Virus record (IMG/VR): IMGVR_UViG_3300045988_113151 | Strand: one strand, 5' to 3' | From: a virus | DNA: 64,000 bases | In this document: positions 51,769-63,989 of the stretch, in pieces | Numbering within the stretch: the first letter of the stretch is position 1 | Layout: every line of letters starts with the position of its first letter | The notes under the pieces: generated by a model | Databases searched by the model: none | What the model saw: the letters and a program-made list of their open reading frames with translations, nothing else | What the model was told of the DNA's origin: nothing | Program-made: the position numbers and the translations under genes

Positions 51769-54700
51769 ATGGCACAGTATGCAACTAAAGATGAATTAAA
51801 TGAACTAGTAGTACTAGTAAGAAATCTTCAAGGTGATATTAATACTCTAGATACTAGTGTAGGCGAGCTTGACACACTAGTAGAGAGAATTAACCATCTA
51901 GCTACCTTGAAAGATGTTACTATTACCTATATAACTGAAGGAGACCTACTATAGTACTCTAGTGATGGTACATGGCATAATATACAACCATCAGCTTTAG
52001 GTATTGGAGGTGAAGGAGGTGGTGGTATTGTTGATACTTCCGTAGTTAAAGCAATGATTAAACAAGAAGGATCTAAACTGTTCCTTAGTAAACTACAGGA
52101 TGATCAAGCTGCTGGAATTATTACCTTCAATAATGGTTTAGTAAGTAATAAAATGACTTATTTAAAAGAAGGTGTACAAATAGGTCATTTCGTATCAGGT
52201 ATGATTGGTGGTACAGGAGCTCAAATAGACAAGGATGGTAGAGGTGAAATGACCAGTTTGATCCTTAGAGAGTTTCTAGAAGTACCTGAGTTGAGATTTA
52301 ACAAGATAGATGTTGTTAGTGGTGAATTATGGAACTCTATAGCATTTGGTACTATTGAAGATGTAGATATAGCAAACTAGATTGTTACTGTTAAACTAGA
52401 AGAAGGTGAATATAGCGGCATCAAAGTAAATGATATATGTAGAGGTATATTCCACAATTTAGGTTCTGGTAATGATACAGAGTCAAAACCTGATGAGAAT
52501 GGCTTTGATACAGTAGCTGGTTTCAGTACGTCTTACTTTACACCTATTGAAGTATTAGACTCTTTTGGTAAGTAGTTTAGATATACTTTAAAACCTGGTA
52601 CTACACAACATCCTAGTAAGTCAATGAAGTTCGTTGTATATGGTAACTTTACAGACCCTAATAGACGATCTAGTGCATATGCAACAAGAACATACAAAAG
52701 ATACTTAAAAGACGTAAATACATGGCAAATAGACTGGACTAATATTGCATCATAGTTTGGTTTACTAGACGGTCTTAATATACCAGGTGGACCTAATGAT
52801 GGTAATCTTACTGGTGATGGTGCTTATCTTACTAATGTATATATGACAGGTGCACTTATTCAGTTTACTCCTGAATAGATGGATGAAATGAAAGGTCATG
52901 ATGCATATTCAGTATCATTAAGTAGAGAAACAGCTACTATTATACTTGATAACAATTTAAATATTATTGATGAGTATAATCAGTTAAGTCAATTGACATT
53001 TGCTATTCAAGCATTTAAAGGTCCAGTAGAATTAGCATATAGTGATGTATACGGTGAAGGTACATACTTCGTAGAGTATGAAGCCACTGGTCTTAAGTGT
53101 ACTATGAGTAATGGAGTATTTAGAATTACTGAAATTACTAATGTTAGTGACATGCGAATAAAGATCACTGTAAACTGTGAAGGATTAGCTTTATTTAAAA
53201 AGGAATTCTTACTTAATTATCAGTTAGAAGGTGATGCTTTATGGGTAACGTATAATGATAATGATGCAGTACCTAACAGACCTACTGGTAGAGGTGAAAC
53301 TGATGGTTGGCATAGAAACTATACAGCCAGTGCTATATGGATGTCAACTAAGAGTTCTAGAAGAATTGATGAAGGTGAATGGGGAGATCCAGTAAGATTC
53401 GTAGGAGCTTCTGTACAGGGTGAAGATGGTCAGTATACAGTATTCTGTTATACTAATTCTAGTGTACAACCAGAAACACCTACAAGTACATAGATACCCC
53501 CTTCTGATTCATTAACTACTTGGTATATGTATCCACCAGAAAGAGAAAGTACAGATGTATTTACTTGGATGACTCAAGCTACAGTATATGCAGATAAATC
53601 ATTATCTGGTTGGACTAAACCTATTAGAATTACAGGTGAAACTGGTGAAGATGGTTCTGATGGTACTAAGATAGAATTTATATATACTTTGTTTACTCCT
53701 ACTAATGATAAACCAAGACCTGATACTCCATCTACTAGTCAATAGGATGATTACATACCATTTGGATGGTCTGATAATCCACAAGGTGTATCTAAAGAAA
53801 AACAGTATGAGTGGATAAGTACACGTGAAAAGAAATCAGCTAAGTTAGGTGAAGGATATTGGGGTGAATTTTCATAGCCAGTTGTATGGTCTAAATGGGG
53901 AGAAAAAGGTATGGATGGAGATGGTTATGAGTACATATATACTCGTACTTCTGATGTAGATAAAGTTCCAGCAACCCCTTCTTCTATACAATAGAATGAT
54001 TATATACCTACTGTATCAAATGGAGGTTCTACAGATTATGATTGGTCTGATGATCCTAAAGGAGTAAGTGAGACATATAAAGCAGAATGGACATGTAAAC
54101 GTGTAAGAACTGATGGTGTATGGTCTGACTTTAGTACTCCAGCGTTATGGTCTAACTGGGGAGAGCAAGGCTTATCAGGAGGTCATTACCAATATAGATG
54201 GAAAGTGTCAAGTACTAAACCTTCTACTACTCCAGATAACGATTCTTCATGGTCTACTAATAGTGAACAAGCTATTGAGAAAGGTCAATATGTGTGGTAG
54301 ATTCAACGATTTGTTAATCCAGATGGTACTACTACTGAGTGGAACAATATAATTAGATTAACTGGTGCTGACGGTAAAGATGGTGAAGATGGTAATAGTA
54401 TCGAATTCTTATATGCTCGTAATAGTACAGGTAAGATACCACAAAAACCAGCTGATAATCAAATTGATGATTGGACAGGTACTGGACCAGATGGTACAGA
54501 ATGGACTGATAATCCACAAGGAGTTACACCTAATATAATTTATGAGTATGTATGTCAGCGTTATAAGGATAAAGCTACTCAATTATGGGAACCTTATTCC
54601 AATCCTGGTATATGGGCTAGATATACTGAAAGAGGTAAAGATGGTGATGGATATGAATATATCTATATAAGACAATCTACATGGAAATCTCAAGGTCAAT

Positions 54701-56391
54701 TGAATCCTAGCTCAGACCCAGTATATATAACAGATGGCAATATATACCCACCAGCAGATGTAGAGTCAGACGCTTATCAAACTGATGACTATGTTCCTGT
54801 CGGTTATTCTGACAATCCAGAAACTGTAAACAGTTAGATAAGATATCAGTATATGTGGGCTAGAAAGAAAGAAGGTGGTAAATGGCAAGCTTGGAAGAAC
54901 GGTTCATTGTGGACTAACTTTGCAGTAGATGGTGAATAGGGTGAGCCTGGTGAACCTGGTACTCCAGGAGGTAGTATAACAGTTAGCGGTGCTCCAGCTT
55001 CTATTAGATCTAGATTAGGTTTCTTACAAACTACTAATTGTACTTTAAGAGCTATTCGTACTAATACTTCTGGTATTACTCAATCTGCAAGTGGTAATTA
55101 TGCTGTTTACTATAAAAGTAGTTCTAGTGGTAGTTGGTCTAAAGCCGATAGTGGTTCAGGTACTAGTTACTAGTTATCTTGGTCTTCTAGTTTAAATGCC
55201 GAATATTTCTGGTTTGGATTTAGTACAGATGTAACTCCTAGTCCTACAGGTACGTATAATGTATGGAGTGTTGAAGTACCAGTAGTATATGACGGTAAAG
55301 ATGGTTCTGACGGATCTGATGGTTCTGACGCAGATTCTAGTTATACTCTTATGAGAGATTGTGGTGTTTGGAACTCTGGAGCATATTATTATAATGATAA
55401 AGCTACTAGCGCTATGAACAGTAGTGAGTATATTAAATATCAGAATTATAATAATATGTATGTAGTGGATTATGTAGTATGGCAAGGCGTTACTTACTTA
55501 GCTAAGACAAACCACAGTAATGTTCAACCACCTAACTCTTCATATTGGGAAACTTCATCTAAAGTAACAGCTTTGACTGTTAACAATCTATTAGCCAATA
55601 ATGCTAAACTAGGAGAGTTTAATTTTAGTGGAAACACATTTACATCATCTACTGGTACATTATCTCTTAATAGTTATAATGGCGAATTATGGTGTAGTAG
55701 TGCTCATATAAATGGTGTAATTCATGCAACAAGCGGCTCGTTTACTGGTACAGTAAATGCAACAAGTGGTACGTTTAATGATATTACTGTATAGTCTGGT
55801 AATATAGCTGGCTTTAAAATATCAGGAAATAATTTGGTTAATAATGCTACAAATGCTAGTATACAATTCTCATTAACTGGTAGTCAATTTTTGCAGATAA
55901 ATAATAGTTCTTACACAGGTCTTATAGATGTACGTAGAGATGGAGGTACAGCTATTAGAGCTCAAGCTTATGGAAGCAATTCAACTGGTTTATCAGTTGC
56001 TGCTCAAGCAGGTTATGCTACTAGCGTTAAAGCAATAGACTCTATTGGTAGTTGTCAGTTTGTAACTAGAGACTCAGAAAGAATATTAATAAACGGTTTA
56101 TGTGTTAATACTGTAACAGTAACTAGCAGTTATAATGCTAAAACTAGCGATGACTTTATAGTATGTAATAATACTGGTGCTATTACCATTAGTCTCCCTA
56201 GTGTAGGAACATTCTATAAAGGTAAGATATATTACATAAAACCTACCAATACAGGTAACTGGACCGTTAGTGGTGGTATCAGGTTAGCTGACCAAAGAGG
56301 TACAAAATACTCTCAATCGTATAGTGATAATAAGATAAGAGGATTTATATTTGATGGTAGCTATTGGAATGAAATGTTCTTTAGTAATTAA
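51769..56391 (+). CDS. giant tail fibre/tail-associated protein with tandem repeats, TAG-recoded (1540 codons)
   Basis: Track ORFs 51769, 52054, 52879, 53527, 55351 and 55834 share one frame. I read 54301-55350 codon by codon and found only TAG interruptions. About 90-aa repeats of W-[ST]-D-[ND]-P-x-G-V...Y-x-W, collagen-like GEPGEPGTPG, and GSDGSDGSD. Confidence 0.7.
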
Positions 56392-56398
56392 TAAATGT

Positions 56399-56701
56399 AT
56401 GAAAATAGATTTTAATAAATTAAAAGTATATACAGGGTTAGACAAAAAGGAATGTGTACTAACACAAGCTGCAAAAGAACTAGCAGATGGTCTTTATAAG
56501 ACAGCTATGGGAATATCTGGTTATGCTTTAGCATTAAAATTATATAATAGCAAAGGTGAGGAAGAGTACACTGAAGAAGAATTTAGTATGATTATGAACT
56601 ATGCCAATAAATACGGTACTCCATTTTTCATTGATGCATTACAAAGGTTAAAGGAAGATGAAAGATCAAATGATTTAGAATCAACTGAAACTAATGAGTG
56701 A
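56399..56701 (+). CDS. hypothetical protein, 100 aa
   Basis: Track ORF trimmed to the Met after the upstream stop. Confidence 0.4.
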   Translation: MKIDFNKLKVYTGLDKKECVLTQAAKELADGLYKTAMGISGYALALKLYNSKGEEEYTEEEFSMIMNYANKYGTPFFIDALQRLKEDERSNDLESTETNE

Positions 56702-56876
56702 TAGAGAACTGCTAGAGGGCATCTATATGATGCTCTTAGCAGTTATGCAAGAACAATATATAAGTGATAGTAAACAGTTTGGCATAAATATGATAGCTGA
56801 TTTACTAGTTGATAATATATCTAGGAGCAGAGAAAGAAATGAAAAAGATAACATTGCAACACGTATTAGGGAATAA
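56694..56876 (+). CDS. hypothetical small protein
   Basis: ORF track. Confidence 0.35.
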   Translation: MSDRELLEGIYMMLLAVMQEQYISDSKQFGINMIADLLVDNISRSRERNEKDNIATRIRE

Positions 56877-56970
56877 GATACTAGAGTATGATGTTGATGA
56901 TAGAGGTGTAATCGTTGATGAAAGAGAAAAAGATCGCTATGCTAAGCAGTAGGATAGTAAGGAGAAATTA

Positions 56971-57978
56971 ATGTCTAACTGGATTAAAGAGCATATCGTT
57001 TTCTACTATGACGTAAAGAAGCAAGGTGCGACCAACGAAACATTGAAGGAGTCTGCTTACTTGCAGGACTTGTCGGGTAAAGGGAGGAGGATGAAATTAA
57101 ATAACTTCTTGTTTGCCGAAATGAGTGGTGTTGGAGGATACAACGACAACTTTAGTAATTGGAGAACAGATTCAAACAATGGAGTCGTAAAAATAGAATC
57201 GGACTCATCAATTGTAATACAATCCGTAAAAATAGAATATAGAGGAGCATTATATCAAGATAGTACTAAAAAAGCAACTTTAAAATGTAATATTACAGGG
57301 ATAACGGAAGAACTTAAAGGTAAGTTAATCTTTAGATACACAGATGCAGAAGGTGACAAAAATATTACATTGGAAAATGGATACTTTGAGTTCAACTCGA
57401 GTGAATACGAAGGATTATCCGGGTGGTATGGGTTTAGTTCCAAGCAGCCTATAGACAACTGCAACATCACCATTACTCAGATACCCGAATATCCCGGTGC
57501 ATTAGTGACAGATGGTGTAGATGATTACGGATTGGTAGAGAATCTGAGTAGTGGAGTGAAGATGCTGTTTATGACGGTTAATCCGATAGGGGACTTTAAC
57601 ATTGGTAAGATGTACTACTCGCAAAGACATAACCCGATAGATATCACTCCATTCTATATCTTTACAGGCGGTACTAATAATATTGCTTATGCAGGAAATA
57701 GGGATGGTGTAACTTATATTAACGGAGTATTAAACAAGTCTATTACGTATAATGAATTGTTTGGAGTGAAACATACAATTACGACTGTAAACGATAACGT
57801 TAAGCCTGAGACAAGTAAAGCTCCTTCTTTCTTTTGGGGAGAAGGGAACACTAAGAATTATTGCTCCAGACTCGCCTTCTACAACTCCATAGCCTTTGAC
57901 TCCATACCAACAGAGGCAGACGGATTCACAGAGCAAGAATTAATTGATTACGTAATTGATAAATATGAATTAAAATGA
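56971..57978 (+). CDS. LamG/ConA-like domain protein; may start at 56839 via TAG read-through
   Basis: PGALVTDGVDDYGLV resembles the LamG-type FDGVDDYV motif. G+C is clearly higher than the surroundings, and there is no TAG in 335 codons. The same frame is open upstream through TAG 56950 to ATG 56839. Confidence 0.5.
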   Translation: MSNWIKEHIVFYYDVKKQGATNETLKESAYLQDLSGKGRRMKLNNFLFAEMSGVGGYNDNFSNWRTDSNNGVVKIESDSSIVIQSVKIEYRGALYQDSTKKATLKCNITGITEELKGKLIFRYTDAEGDKNITLENGYFEFNSSEYEGLSGWYGFSSKQPIDNCNITITQIPEYPGALVTDGVDDYGLVENLSSGVKMLFMTVNPIGDFNIGKMYYSQRHNPIDITPFYIFTGGTNNIAYAGNRDGVTYINGVLNKSITYNELFGVKHTITTVNDNVKPETSKAPSFFWGEGNTKNYCSRLAFYNSIAFDSIPTEADGFTEQELIDYVIDKYELK

Positions 57979-58199
57979 GATACGTTATAGTAACAATAGA
58001 ATGGTGCTTGGAACACGGTATAGTAGTTCCTGAACACGCAAGAAAGAATATTGATGGTACTAAAGTAATCTTACACGAAGATTGGTTAAAACCTATTCTT
58101 TATAGAGAAGATGAAAAGCAAGTAGAATCTTACTTCTATGACAGTAAAGAATTAAATGATATTCTTAACACTGAAGAGTGGAATGGAAAGGAGGAGTAA
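57975..58199 (+). CDS. hypothetical small protein
   Basis: ORF track. Confidence 0.4.
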   Translation: MRYVIVTIEWCLEHGIVVPEHARKNIDGTKVILHEDWLKPILYREDEKQVESYFYDSKELNDILNTEEWNGKEE

Positions 58200-58657
58200 T
58201 GGATAGAAATAAGTTAATTGAAGAAGTTAGTAAATACTTCAACATAAAAGAACTAGTATGTCCTCATTGTTATAATAAGTTTAAAGATAACTCATGGTAG
58301 TTCATATCAACCGAGTTACTAAGTACTTTATATGTATTAAGAACTGTAGTAATAAATAAACCAATGGTAATTAATACTTGGGCTACTAATGGTAGTTATA
58401 GTCAGAGAGGTTTAAGATGTAACATGTGTTAGTTAGTAAAGAGTAAAACTAGTATATACATGTCAGCTCATAGTTTAGGTAAAGCTATAGACTTTCATGT
58501 ACCTGGTATGGATGCAGAATCTGTTAGAAATCTTATAAGAGCTAACGTAGATAAATTCGAGTATCCTATAAGAATAGAGAAGGATACGAATTGGATTCAT
58601 ATCGATAATTACCAGCAAAAGGGCTCTTCTAACAAACTTTCTGAGTTTGTAGGATAA
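58199..58657 (+). CDS. peptidase M15-type endolysin, TAG-recoded
   Basis: SAHSLGKAIDFHV and NWIHID zinc-ligand motifs. ATG 58199 is in frame with track ORF 58460 across two TAGs. Confidence 0.7.
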
Positions 58658-58709
58658 GTTAATCAATTACACATAGAAAGTGTCTTAAAACGCCTTAAAA
58701 TGCGTCATT

Positions 58710-59039
58710 ATGGAAAAGCAAACAATATTATATAATATATTATATATTGATGAAAGAGCTAAGAATCTAATACCAGAAGTAGTAGATGCTTGGAATATTA
58801 CTCCACATAGATTTAGTAAAAGTGGTGAATCAGTATCATTAAAGTTAAATGATACTATAGAAGAAATTAAAGGTTACAGTACTTCAGATTTTGTAGATAT
58901 AGAAGTTACTAGAAAAAGTATTATTATTACTTTACAACCTAATACTACTCAAGGATCTAGATAGGCTAGAATTACTTTAAGTATAGGTGGTAGGGAACAT
59001 TCTACTAAACTGTTGCAATTTGTAATACACTAGAATTGA
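58710..59039 (+). CDS. hypothetical protein, TAG-recoded
   Basis: The track ORF continues past TAG 58962 and TAG 59031 to TGA 59037. Confidence 0.4.
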
Positions 59040-59059
59040 TAATTGTAAAATATACGTAT

Positions 59060-59635
59060 ATGGTTAAAATTATTGAGAGCTATACAGCTCCAAATCCGAA
59101 AGAATACACATACTGGGTAGATCTAACCAGTAATCCAAATAAAGGTGTTATTAAGTATTTTAAAGGTAATGGTAAATGGGCAGATGTCAATGATAAGACT
59201 AATGACGATTAGTCTAAAGACATTGAACAGTTACAGAAATCAGTAGATAACTTAAAGTCAACTAAAGTAGATAAAGTATCAGGTAAAGAACTTTCTAGTA
59301 ATGACTTTACTGACTCTTATAAGAGTAAGCTTGATGGTATAGCAGCTCAGGCTAATAAATACGTTTTACCTGCTGCTACTGCATCTGTTTTAGGTGGTGT
59401 AAAGACTGGTGCTAATATCACTAATACTAGTGGTACTATTAGTCTGACTAAAGCGAATGTTACGGCTGCTTTAGGTTATACTCCTCCTACTGCTGATACT
59501 AAAGTTAATGTTAATAATACTCTAACAAGTACTAGTATAGTTGACGCTTTGTCAGCAGCACAAGGTAAAGTTTTAAAAGATTTAATTGACGCACTAACTG
59601 CTAGAGTTTCTGCATTGGAAACTCCAGCTGCATAA
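59060..59635 (+). CDS. short fibre protein
   Basis: The N-terminal YWVDL..NP..G.IKY..G..W anchor motif is shared with the next gene. Fibre repeat LSSNDFTDSYKSKLDGI. One in-frame TAG at 59210. Ends ...TPAA. Confidence 0.55.
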
Positions 59636-59645
59636 TATATGAAGT

Positions 59646-62600
59646 ATGGATACAGTAAGATTTTTTGCTGCTAATACCCAACCTAACCCAGTAGAAGTTG
59701 ACTACTGGGTTGACCTTTATGATAACCCTTATGGTGGTAGCATTAAATATTATAATGGTACAGAATGGGTAAGATTAGCAGCTTCTGGAGGTATTCCAGA
59801 TTTAAGTAAGTACTATACTAAAGTACAAGTAAACTAGTTACTTAATGATAAAGCTAGTGTATAGTCAGTTGAAAGTAAAGTAGACGATGAAGAGGTAAAA
59901 GATGTAGTTAAGAATATCACATTTAGAACTTCTAATCCAAACGAAGTACAAATGGTACTCGCAAAATATGATACTACCACTGTTGCTATATCGTTACCTA
60001 AAGCTAGCAATGCTTCTGCTGGTATAGTTACTTCTGATGATTTTAAAGACTTTGTTAAGTAGGCAGAACTTCAGCAATTATATCAAGAACTATACGATAG
60101 TAATAGTACTATAATTAATACTATTAATGATATAAAAGCTAAATACCAAAAGAAACTGACAGCTGGTAGTAACATAAAAATATCTGATGATAATGTTATA
60201 TCAGCTATTATTTCAATTGATGGAAGTGATATAGATATTGATGGTATTAATAGTAAAATAGACGGACTGACTGATAAATTACAGGAAGAAGTTACTAGGT
60301 CTACTAATGCTGATAATAAACTTACACGCGATTTAAGCGCTGAGTCTACTACTGCTAGAGCTGCTGAGAAAAAGAACGCTGATAATATCGCTAGCAATAC
60401 TCAAGCTATTCAGAAAGAGGTAACAGATAGAAATGCTGCCATTAAGGTAGAGACTGACAGAGCTACTGCTGCTGAAAATAAATTAGCTAATGACATTGTT
60501 ACTACAGTTGAAACAGAAAAAGATAGAGCAGAAGGTGTAGAATAGGTTATAATTAATGATTTAGCTGAAGAAGTAACTAGAGCCAAAGCAGCTGAGCAAG
60601 CTAATAAGACTTCTATAAATAAAGAAGTTACCGATAGACAATCAGCTATTGCAACTGAAGTAGATAATAGAAACGCAGCTATAGAGGTTGAAAAACAAAG
60701 AGCTCTCAAAGCAGAAGCTGCATTAGATTCTAAGATTGCTACTCATACTAATGAAATTAATACTGCTTTAGCAACTAAAGCTGATAAATCTACTACTTAT
60801 AACAAAACAGAAGTAGATAGTAAAGTAAGCACTATCAATCAAACTAAACAAGATAAACTTACAGCTGGTTCTGGAATTAAGATTGAAAATGATACTATAA
60901 GTTCTACTCTTGATGTGCAATTGTATAAAATAGTTGATTCTTTACCTACTTAGGATGTAGAACCTGGTAAGATTTACTTAGTATTAAGTGAGATATCTAC
61001 TGAATCAAATAAGTATACAGAGTATGTGTATGTTAATAATGAGTGGGAAATCATGGGATCTTATACCGCTAATGTAGATCTTAGTGGTTACTTAACTAAA
61101 ACAGACGCAGCTAGTACTTATCAACCTAAGGGTAATTACGCATTAAAAACTGAAATACCAGATGTATCTACAAAGGCAGATACTTCATATGTTAATACAC
61201 AGATACAAACTGTAAATACTGAAATAAATAAGAAAGCTAATAAAGCTGATTTACATGCTGTAGCTACATCTGGTAATTATAATGACCTTACCAATAAGCT
61301 TAAAGCAGGAAACGGTGTAACTATTACTAGTGATAATACTATCAACACTAGTGTAGATTTATCAGGAGTTACTAATAGTATTAGTGAACTTGATAGTAAG
61401 ATAGAAGCCGAGATATCTAGAGCTACTATAGCAGAGTCTAATAAGGTAGATAAGATAGTAGGTAAAGGTCTTAGTACTAATGATTATACAACAGCAGAGA
61501 AGAATAAGTTAAGCGGTATCGCTGCTGGTGCTTAGGTTAATGTATAGTCCGATTGGAATGCTATAGCAGGAGATTAGATGATATTAAATAAACCCACCTC
61601 CTTACCAGCTAGTGATGTTAGTGAATGGGCAAAAGCTAAGACGAAGCCTTCTTATACAGCAGCAGAAGTTGGTGCTGTTGCTACATCAAGTTATACCGCC
61701 AATGATGTATTGAACAAATTAAAAACTGTTGACGGTTCAGGAAGTGGTCTCGATGCAGATACTGTTAGAGGCTTTACTATAGCTAAATCAGTTCCATCAG
61801 ATGCTAAGTTTACTGATACTACTTACACATTTGCTAATGGTGCAGACGGTTCATTCACTGTAACACTTAATGGAGGTAGTGCGTAGAAGGTATCTATTGG
61901 TAAACCTGCGGAAGCAATGACAGTTAAATATAGCATAAGTGATATAACCAAAGCAGAAAATATATTGCTTGGAGGCACCAGTGAATATCATTTTGCTATC
62001 TAGATTAATAAAGATAGTGATAATGTACCATATGCAGAGTTAAATACTGGTAGTAGTGGTATGAATCCAATATATGTTAGACAATACGACACTAGTGGAA
62101 TTAGAAACAGTATAACATTGCTAGATCCTAATGGTAACACACTATTCCCCAATACCGTAACAGCTAACAGAATCGTCGCATCGAATTTCACAGGTTCATT
62201 AAAAGGTAATTCAGACACAGCCACTAAGTTAGCTACTGCTAGGAATATAGCTCTTAGTGGAGACTTAACAGGTAACGCTAACTTTGATGGTAGTAGTAAT
62301 ATTAGTATAAATGCATCTCTTAAGTTGATAGATGAGGATGGTAACGCTTCATTTGATGGTGTTGTTTCTGCAAATTCGTTCTCTGGAAACTCTACATCAT
62401 CTACTAAACTTTAGACTCCTAGGAGTATTAACGGTACTAACTTTGATGGTAGTGCTAACATAACTACAGCTAACTGGGGTACTGCTAGAAATATCACTAT
62501 AGGTAAGACAGCTAAATCAGTTAATGGGTCAGCTAATGTATCATGGTCTACTAGTGAGATAGCTAATAATGCAACTACTACAACAGATGGATGGATGAGT

Positions 62601-63989
62601 AAAGAGGATAAGTTAGCATTAGCTAATTTGAATAGTGAGTTCTACGGAAAAGAACAAGTAACAGTATCTGTTAAAAAAGATGGGGTAGCCCATTCTGTTT
62701 AGATTGATATTAAAAATAAAGATAACGATGAAGTTATAGCTACTTCTACTGGCAGCAGCTTAACTACAAGAATTGTGTATGGAGTTAAATATTATGTATC
62801 AGTTCCTTATATAGACGGATATTCTACTGCTAATGAAAGCTCAGAATATACAGCTTCGCAATAGGTAAGAGCTATAAACATCGAATATATGAAATGTGAT
62901 GAAATCACAATAGATCAAACTGTAACAGATCCTAACTCTATGATATCAGGAGATGTTAACGGTACTGTATTATAGTGGATACGTAATAACACTCACAGGT
63001 ATGTTGCAAAGAAAACTGGAGATGGGCAGGTTACTATATGTCAGTTAAGCGATAATAATACTACTAAATTCTATGACAATTTAACGAGTTCTTCTGATTA
63101 CATTAGTAATATTAACTATGATGTATTTGTCAGAATACCTAGATTCTGGTATAAAGCTACTGAAACTACTACTAACGTTTGGAAAATAACATTTTCTAAC
63201 ACTAAACAATCTAGTACATGGAAGGAGTGGGATGGTAACGATCTAATTGGAGCTTATGAAGGTTATGTCGCTGGTTCTACATTACATAGTAGATCAAATA
63301 TATCGTCTACTGGTGATACTTCACAAACAAATTTTAAGGCATATGCTAGATAGAAAGGTACTGGATACACTCTTGTTAAATGGAAACACCATTGCATTGT
63401 AGGAGTGTTATATTACGCATTATATGGTAATACTAATTGCCAAGCTACTATAGGCAGTGGTACTAATTCTTATACTAAGACTACTGGACTTACTAATAGT
63501 TTAGGTATGAATGATTCATCAGCCTCTGCAACAGGAAATAGCGGTAGCATAAACTTCTTAGGATTAGAGAACTGGTGGGGTAATAAATATGAATTCATCG
63601 ACAATGCTGTATTCAACTATGGTAGTTCTAATTATAAATTTACTATAACAGAAGATGACAATAGTACTAGAGAAGTTCAAGCTCACCCATATACAGGTAC
63701 ATTTTACCCTACTGTAATGGTATTTGGAGAGCATTTAGATCTTGTTATGAAACCTAATACTACTTCTGGAGCAACTTCTATTGGCTTCTGTGATAGTCAG
63801 TATTTTTCAGGAAGCTCTAATTAGGTGGTTCGGCGTTCTTGCGGCGTCTCGGATGCCAATGGGGGTGTGGCTTACTTGGGTGCGTACTACTCGGCTTCGA
63901 ATACTGTCTCGGACATTGGTTCCCGTCTTGCCTTCAGAGGTACTATCATAGAAGAAAAAGATATAGAAACTTTTAAAGCTTTAAAATAA
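59646..63989 (+). CDS. long tail fibre, TAG-recoded (1447 codons)
   Basis: Track ORFs 59646, 61026, 61578, 62061 and 63405 share one frame separated by TAG only; ends at TAA 63987. Long coiled-coil section, LSTNDYTTAEKNKLSGI repeat, and a GC-rich C-terminal tip. Confidence 0.7.
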
